Source: Pseudomonas phage phiKZ. Taken from it: a stretch of 32,000 bases of DNA. The DNA lies in sequence record NC_004629.1; one strand, 5' to 3'. Positions within the stretch are counted from its first letter, which is position 1. Every line of letters begins with the position of its first letter. A program made the translations under genes and the position numbers. The notes below the pieces were generated by a model, which did no database searches, was not told the DNA's origin, and saw nothing but the letters and a program-made list of their open reading frames with translations. Below, in pieces: positions 27,140 through 32,000 of the stretch.

Positions 27140-27769
27140 TTAACTTAGAGTACTATAATAAATAAATTTAGTTAATTCATCTTGTTGCTCTTTGATTATA
27201 TTATTTTTCGTTTGTTTAACATTAATGTAATATTCAATAAATAACCAACGTCTATCATGTTTGGCTAAGTCTTTGAATTCAATTTTCTCAAATCGCCATG
27301 ACTGTACAGTAGTCCTAATGAGATTACCGGATTTATTGATAATATACCCTTGCATGGTGTTAATTTGATCATCGATAGTAGGCGTTGGTAAAAATATCAA
27401 ATAAACACCATCTGTATTTTTAGTGTGCATACTTTTTAATTTATACATCATTGGGTTAAAGTATTCATCACTTTTATGATAATCGCTTAATTCTAACACA
27501 GCATCAATCATCATTTTAGCGCTTTCAGTAACACCAACATTTAGTAAATAATCATTAAGCTCTTTTAATGAATTATCTGTAAGTGATGCATCTATGTGTT
27601 CTTCACTTATAGGTTCATTATAAACTAGTTTATTAATAGTTGAATTAACAATATTTAGCCTATCGATATCATAAACTGCTAGTGTTTGTTTACCAACATT
27701 TATTTTTAAGTCTTTACCTGATTCATTGATAAAATCATTTAAATCTACTTCAGTAAAATGAAAAGCCAT
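27140..27769 (-). CDS. hypothetical protein
   Basis: 209-aa ORF. Confidence 0.8.
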   Translation of the reverse strand: MAFHFTEVDLNDFINESGKDLKINVGKQTLAVYDIDRLNIVNSTINKLVYNEPISEEHIDASLTDNSLKELNDYLLNVGVTESAKMMIDAVLELSDYHKSDEYFNPMMYKLKSMHTKNTDGVYLIFLPTPTIDDQINTMQGYIINKSGNLIRTTVQSWRFEKIEFKDLAKHDRRWLFIEYYINVKQTKNNIIKEQQDELTKFIYYSTLS

Positions 27770-27928
27770 TTTTATACACCTTTATGTTTTCCGTAGTGTT
27801 AAATTTTATTAACACCCGGTTTCAAGTTGAGTTATGTGTAGAACTAATCTACAAATAATATTAACTCTATGTATAATTTTACTTATAAATAGACCACTCT
27901 ATATAGAGGGGTATTAAGTCATATAAAG

Positions 27929-28024
27929 TTATTTTAGTGTGGGTCTAAATACAAACATTACGTCTACTTCATCAGTTGGGTCGACATCATATTCTGTCCC
28001 AGTATTATCAATCGCAACCAACAT
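27929..28024 (-). CDS. 31-aa microprotein MLVAIDNTGTEYDVDPTDEVDVMFVFRPTLK (not in the supplied track)
   Basis: Manual ORF preceded by a GAGG-type site. Confidence 0.3.
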   Translation of the reverse strand: MLVAIDNTGTEYDVDPTDEVDVMFVFRPTLK

Positions 28025-28026
28025 TC

Positions 28027-28149
28027 TCACATTCCTCGGTAAAGGGCTTTATGTGATTTAGATAGGCGAGTGATAAAATACCTAAATGCACTGAGATATT
28101 CTCTGATAAATCCTTTACTTTTATTAAAATTATCACCTACATGGACCAT
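28027..28149 (-). CDS. 40-aa microprotein MVHVGDNFNKSKGFIREYLSAFRYFITRLSKSHKALYRGM (not in the supplied track)
   Basis: Manual ORF ending just before the 27929-28024 ORF. Confidence 0.3.
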   Translation of the reverse strand: MVHVGDNFNKSKGFIREYLSAFRYFITRLSKSHKALYRGM

Positions 28150-28240
28150 TCAATCACTTTTATGTAGCTTGATTTCAATCAATTAAAGGGTATAACGAAT
28201 GTAATGTATTTATACACGAATATAGTTATCATAAGCTCAA

Positions 28241-28531
28241 CTACTTGGGGTAAAAGAGTGGACGGAGATCAGTCTCATGGTATTCATCTTTGATATGGGA
28301 AAAGTACTTATTGAAATTATCCACACTATACGAAGTTCTAAGCCCATTTGGCCAAATCACTAACATGTCACCAACTTCGAATGCCGTGATCATAGCCTCA
28401 AAGTCTTTTATGTTTACATGATCATTACCAAGTTTCACGAATCGACATGCACGGAAACCACATTCCCAGTCAGACGACATCCATTGACCAGCTTCAGTAA
28501 TCAGCTTTGCACGAACTAATGTCTTAGCCAT
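28241..28531 (-). CDS. hypothetical protein
   Basis: 96-aa ORF overlapping the 28524-28709 stop region. Confidence 0.75.
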   Translation of the reverse strand: MAKTLVRAKLITEAGQWMSSDWECGFRACRFVKLGNDHVNIKDFEAMITAFEVGDMLVIWPNGLRTSYSVDNFNKYFSHIKDEYHETDLRPLFYPK

Positions 28532-28709
28532 ACTTGGTACCCCAGTTTATCGTTTTGTCGAGAAGAGCTTGACTAGGTCGTTTATTACGAATCTGATTCT
28601 TAATAGACTCATTTAGCTCTTCCATCGTTTTCCGAACTTTAACTAATCGTTCCTTTTGTTCATTTGTAGGAACACTACTAACTATATCTTGCAATGCTTT
28701 AAGTGACAT
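28524..28709 (-). CDS. hypothetical protein
   Basis: 61-aa ORF; coupled to 28241-28531. Confidence 0.7.
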   Translation of the reverse strand: MSLKALQDIVSSVPTNEQKERLVKVRKTMEELNESIKNQIRNKRPSQALLDKTINWGTKYG

Positions 28710-28772
28710 GTCTTTACCCTATTTGTATTTAGCTATAAGATTCAACTACTGGGTACTTTTACAAGACGACAT

Positions 28773-28794
28773 AAAGGCAGCATTAGCTGCCTTT
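28773..28794. terminator. Terminator hairpin
   Basis: aaaggcagc-atta-gctgccttt. Confidence 0.7.
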
Positions 28795-28840
28795 ATAGTT
28801 TACATAGTAGTGAAATATAACTAAATCTAAAACTATGAAT

Positions 28841-28881
28841 TGGCTCCGTGACCTGGGTTAGAACCAGGGACCCAGTGATTA
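28841..28881 (-). pseudogene. 3' part of a tRNA-Asn-like gene (positions ~36-76 including CCA)
   Basis: Reverse complement TAATCACTGGGTCCCTGGTTCTAACCCAGGTCACGGAGCCA matches the 3' part of the intact tRNA-Asn at 31741-31816 with a few mismatches in the T-loop/T-stem junction. Confidence 0.85.
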
Positions 28882-28915
28882 TGTTTTTGTATATTAATCT
28901 ACATCGAGTATATTT

Positions 28916-29474
28916 TTATTGTGTGGGGGCCAAGGTGCTAATACCCCCATTAGTGCTGACCCTAATAAACCTAGCTGGAATATTGATTTTGTATGACCGA
29001 CACCATTTACGAATTGCATTATCCGATACCCCATACTTTTCTCCTATTTTCACAAGAGATAACAATGTAACGTCAAGGACGAATTGTTCTTTAGATGGTC
29101 GATCAACCTTACGTCGACCTTTGGCAGAACACTCAGGGTTACAGAATTTAATCAATTTATGATTCATTACCCTACCACAAGCACCACAAAGTTTTGTAGG
29201 ATAGTTCTTTGGATCAATGCCCAGTCGTTTCATCCATGCATGTAGTTTTAGATGCTGTGATTGAGGGAGGATCAAAAGATTATCGGGATGGTTATTGAGT
29301 TTGTTCTCATCCAAATGATGAACCTCTTCGTCATCGTAAAGAGGTCTTCCGATTGTATCTTCACCGACTACACGGTGTTCGTATACCCATCCAAACATTT
29401 TGGGGTTAGCTTTTGCCTGCCGATGTTCAGGTAAATACAGAGCCCGATAACCATTAATTATTTTTTTCTTTCAT
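28916..29474 (-). CDS. HNH endonuclease with C-terminal zinc-finger-like and HTH-like segments; N-terminus possibly frameshifted (track ORF 28916-29398)
   Basis: VYEHRVVGEDTIGRPLYDDEEVHHLDENKLNNHPDNLLILPQSQHLKLH; CGAC...CNPEC; HTH-like IGEKYGVSDNAIRKWCRSYKI. Upstream in-frame NGYRALYLPEHRQAKANPK resembles the expected HNH N-terminus. Confidence 0.85.
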
Positions 29475-29528
29475 ATCGAACCTAGGGTTTAAAAAATAGA
29501 TAGCTAGTTCGATCTATAGAACAAGATA

Positions 29529-29552
29529 AAAGTAGCCAGCTGGCTACTTTTA
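29529..29552. terminator. Terminator hairpin directly 3' of the class II tRNA
   Basis: aaaagtagcca-gc-tggctactttt, nearly perfect palindrome. Confidence 0.75.
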
Positions 29553-29557
29553 GAAAT

Positions 29558-29644
29558 TGGCTGGTAAGGTAGGATTCGAACCTACGGTGGGCTTTCGCCA
29601 ACGGATTAACAGTCCGCTCCCTGCTGCCACTCGGGTACTTACCA
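29558..29644 (-). tRNA. Class II (long variable arm) tRNA with anticodon GUU and discriminator G; Tyr-like scaffold, predicted to read Asn codons
   Basis: Reverse complement TGGTAAGTACCCGAGTGGCAGCAGGGAGCGGACTGTTAATCCGTTGGCGAAAGCCCACCGTAGGTTCGAATCCTACCTTACCAGCCA; 7-bp acceptor TGGTAAG/CTTACCA, T-stem GTAGG/CCTAC, loop CTGTTAA. Confidence 0.85.
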
Positions 29645-29653
29645 ATGAAATCG

Positions 29654-29690
29654 TAACAGTCATTTGCTCTACCGACTGAGCTATCACGGA
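29654..29690 (-). pseudogene. 5' part of a tRNA-Asn-like gene (positions 1-37)
   Basis: Reverse complement TCCGTGATAGCTCAGTCGGTAGAGCAAATGACTGTTA is 36/37 identical to the intact tRNA-Asn at 31741-31816. Confidence 0.9.
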
Positions 29691-29851
29691 AGAATTATGG
29701 CGATTTTATATTAGAGATGAGTTACTGACAACCTAATATAGATATGTAATAACTACATATTATTACAATCTGAGTATTATTTATTTCTTGTTATGACATT
29801 ATGTAAATAACGTGTAGTTAATCTTATTAGAAACTATCAAAGTTACTAATT

Positions 29852-30364
29852 CTAACTAAAACGAACCACCATTACCTCTGTACCAAAAGTATCTGCAACC
29901 CACTGGTTAAATTCTTTATCAGTGATACCGCGTAGGTTCAGATTAAATGAGGCATTGTCAACAAGAATATATTTTACAGACGATATTAATTCTTCTTTAA
30001 TATCTTTTTGAATAGATGATTCTTCAGGTTGATGAATATATTTACGGAGTTGGTGTGTAATTAAACAAGAAACAATATTATCTTTAGCATTCTGGAACTT
30101 AGCCAGTACAGCCTGTTTAATTTTATCTTCTACAAATACAGCTAGACATTCGCCAGGATGACGATTAGCAAACTCAATCAATGCAGTTGTACTACCACAT
30201 TGCCGACCTACAAATAATCCAACAGTCCTGTATTCACGAATAACAATATGACCAATAGAATTAGATCGATAATTAACCCAGTTCTCATTCGTTTTTTGAA
30301 TTAAAGCATCTAGGATATCTTGGTACTTTACAATAGTTCTTACAAACGGATTAGAGTTAGTCAT
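29852..30364 (-). CDS. hypothetical protein with a degenerate P-loop-like motif
   Basis: VGLFVGRQCGSTTALIEFANRH and KYILVDNASFNLN resemble weak Walker A/B. Confidence 0.75.
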   Translation of the reverse strand: MTNSNPFVRTIVKYQDILDALIQKTNENWVNYRSNSIGHIVIREYRTVGLFVGRQCGSTTALIEFANRHPGECLAVFVEDKIKQAVLAKFQNAKDNIVSCLITHQLRKYIHQPEESSIQKDIKEELISSVKYILVDNASFNLNLRGITDKEFNQWVADTFGTEVMVVRFS

Positions 30365-30491
30365 AATAGACTCCTTTATTACAATGTAGCATAGATTCAG
30401 TTTTTTAACTGGAATTAAATGCCGATTTTGAAAAGGTGATAAAACCTTTTCTCATCTATAAATGAATTTATAATAGTAACAATGAATATAA

Positions 30492-30512
30492 CCAGGGGTG
30501 GCAAACCCCTGG
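30492..30512. terminator. Terminator-like hairpin
   Basis: ccagggg-tggcaaa-cccctgg. Confidence 0.6.
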
Positions 30513-30648
30513 CATTTAGACACACTCTATAATAAGTTCTACCACCGAGTGTGTTTAGTGGATAGATTTAAGAATACTTTATTATAGTACTCTTACATAA
30601 TATCATCGTGCCAGTATAATTATCTAAATAGTTATAAATATTATTATT

Positions 30649-31656
30649 TTAATCAATGATTAATGGCGCTAGTTTTACCTGATAGATACCTGATAACAAT
30701 TGGCTTTTCAACATATATGCTCCACCACCAACTGGCATTTTAGATCCACCTACAATGATCATGCTATTATCCGGACCTTTAGCTATAGATGAAATATTAA
30801 GGAATCCGATACCTAGTTCAAATGGTTCAGCCCATTTCCGGCGCCTAATATTAAAACGTTGTGCAAACATTTTAGTTACACCGCCGACATCAACAGCGTT
30901 AAGGTAATTAAAATAGTCCCCATCTACATAACCATTACCTTGCCAGATTGTTCCTTTATCAGCAGGTATAATCATCCAAGGTGTTTGCTCCCATATTAAG
31001 GTAGTTGCATTATATCGATAAACTTCAAGATTAGGTATGTTCTTTGTATTATCCCAACCACCAAAATGGTAAAAGTAACCATTATAAAAGAATAACTGTT
31101 GACCTGAACGAGCACCACCTGAATAATCTTGCCCACTAAGCCATGTCTTACCCGATGGTTTTAACCGCATTGCATTTACCCCAACTGGGTTAACACACAT
31201 AATAAGATCATTACCATCTGATGCGGAGGCTGTGCCCCAAAGTGGTACGGGACCACTATATCGCTCAACCCTATTGCCTGTAGCTATATCAAAATGTTGT
31301 ATAAAGTTAGATGTTCCCGTACCACCATTACCAGCCGAGTTCCATCCAGTAATACCGCCATAAACAATAAAGTTATTCTTATGTAATGTCCCAAATCCTA
31401 AAGATACCCCTGGTAAGAATGTTCCAGAAGCAGTTGCACCTATATCGGCAAATGGCGATATGGTAAAACGTCTGAACACAGTTGCAGCTGTTTGTCCTTC
31501 AGTATGATGACCAGATCCAACATACAGTGTATTTCCATCCACATATGACATTGTACCAGCTAACGCTACAGGTAGATCACCTAATTTAATAATTTCATTA
31601 AATCCAACCAAGGGTAACTCTTCGCCTATATCTGGCGATAATAGTAATTCAAACAT
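30649..31656 (-). CDS. Kelch-like beta-propeller protein
   Basis: Repeated blades with NxxxxxGG-type motifs: KNNFIVYGGITG, YNGYFYHFGGWDN, DNSMIIVGGSKM, DGNTLYVGSGHH; 335 aa. Confidence 0.7.
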   Translation of the reverse strand: MFELLLSPDIGEELPLVGFNEIIKLGDLPVALAGTMSYVDGNTLYVGSGHHTEGQTAATVFRRFTISPFADIGATASGTFLPGVSLGFGTLHKNNFIVYGGITGWNSAGNGGTGTSNFIQHFDIATGNRVERYSGPVPLWGTASASDGNDLIMCVNPVGVNAMRLKPSGKTWLSGQDYSGGARSGQQLFFYNGYFYHFGGWDNTKNIPNLEVYRYNATTLIWEQTPWMIIPADKGTIWQGNGYVDGDYFNYLNAVDVGGVTKMFAQRFNIRRRKWAEPFELGIGFLNISSIAKGPDNSMIIVGGSKMPVGGGAYMLKSQLLSGIYQVKLAPLIID

Positions 31657-31740
31657 GAGTGTGCTCTCAAGTAAATCATTTTAATTCATAAGATAACCCA
31701 TGGCAACATAAAAGAGTAGCCGAAGCTACTCTTTAGAATA

Positions 31741-31816
<76 letters not shown>

Positions 31817-31822
31817 ATTAAA

Positions 31823-31899
31823 TGGCGCGCCCAAGGGGACTCGAACCCCTGACCACCCGCGTGACAGGCGGGTATTCTAACCAACTGAACTATGAGCGC
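31823..31899 (-). tRNA. tRNA-Asp (anticodon GUC), CCA encoded
   Basis: Reverse complement GCGCTCATAGTTCAGTTGGTTAGAATACCCGCCTGTCACGCGGGTGGTCAGGGGTTCGAGTCCCCTTGGGCGCGCCA; closely resembles bacterial tRNA-Asp. Confidence 0.95.
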
Positions 31900-31951
31900 A
31901 AACGTATGGACATGACTTCCTACATAGTATTACATAACCAGTAATATTTTA

Positions 31952-32000
31952 TTACGGGCGATCAGTCCAGTGCTTGAAATAGTTACCATCCTTGGGACGA
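31952..32000 (-). CDS. C-terminal fragment of a - strand gene running off the window (...RPKDGNYFKHWTDRP)
   Basis: Open frame from the window edge to a stop at 31952. Confidence 0.4.
   Translation of the reverse strand, partial: RPKDGNYFKHWTDRP

Noticed and set aside
28848-29162. 104-aa + strand ORF (MTWVRTRDPVIMFL...)
   Set aside because: Antisense to both the HNH gene and the tRNA-Asn 3' part; its N-terminus is translated tRNA sequence.
28882-29653. Classic self-splicing group I intron in tRNA-Asn
   Set aside because: Breakpoint is in the anticodon loop, but the insert ends without a terminal G, only ~35 nt lie between the HNH stop and the 3' tRNA part, and an internal complete tRNA plus terminator hairpin is present. 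Not excluded without a covariance-model search.

Overview
This 32-kb window looks like the accessory or early region of a large, AT-rich tailed-phage genome. From 1 to ~25.4 kb it carries ~50 small, tightly packed + strand genes. After a bidirectional terminator at ~25.45 kb, most genes (~25.5-32 kb) are on the - strand, together with several tRNAs. Most products cannot be assigned from sequence alone. Recognisable items are: a BCS1-like AAA ATPase with an N-terminal TM segment (19685-21211), a cytidine/dCMP deaminase-like protein (6758-7117), a degenerate GIY-YIG-like protein (12210-12545), an HNH endonuclease (~28916-29474, possible frameshift), a Kelch-like beta-propeller (30649-31656), and tRNA-Thr(UGU), tRNA-Asn(GUU) and tRNA-Asp(GUC). 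There is also a long-variable-arm tRNA with a GUU anticodon. The most unusual feature is a tRNA-Asn gene split at the anticodon loop. Its 5' part (29654-29690) and 3' part (28841-28881) are separated by 772 bp carrying the HNH gene and the class II GUU tRNA; a separate intact tRNA-Asn lies at 31741-31816. Other findings are five tandem secreted two-cysteine proteins (689-3546), a repeated terminator-promoter module with the motif TATATTACAAATGTGA, a paralogous gene pair (5.1-6.2 kb), and several structured noncoding intervals. All homology statements are from recognised motifs only; no database searches were run.
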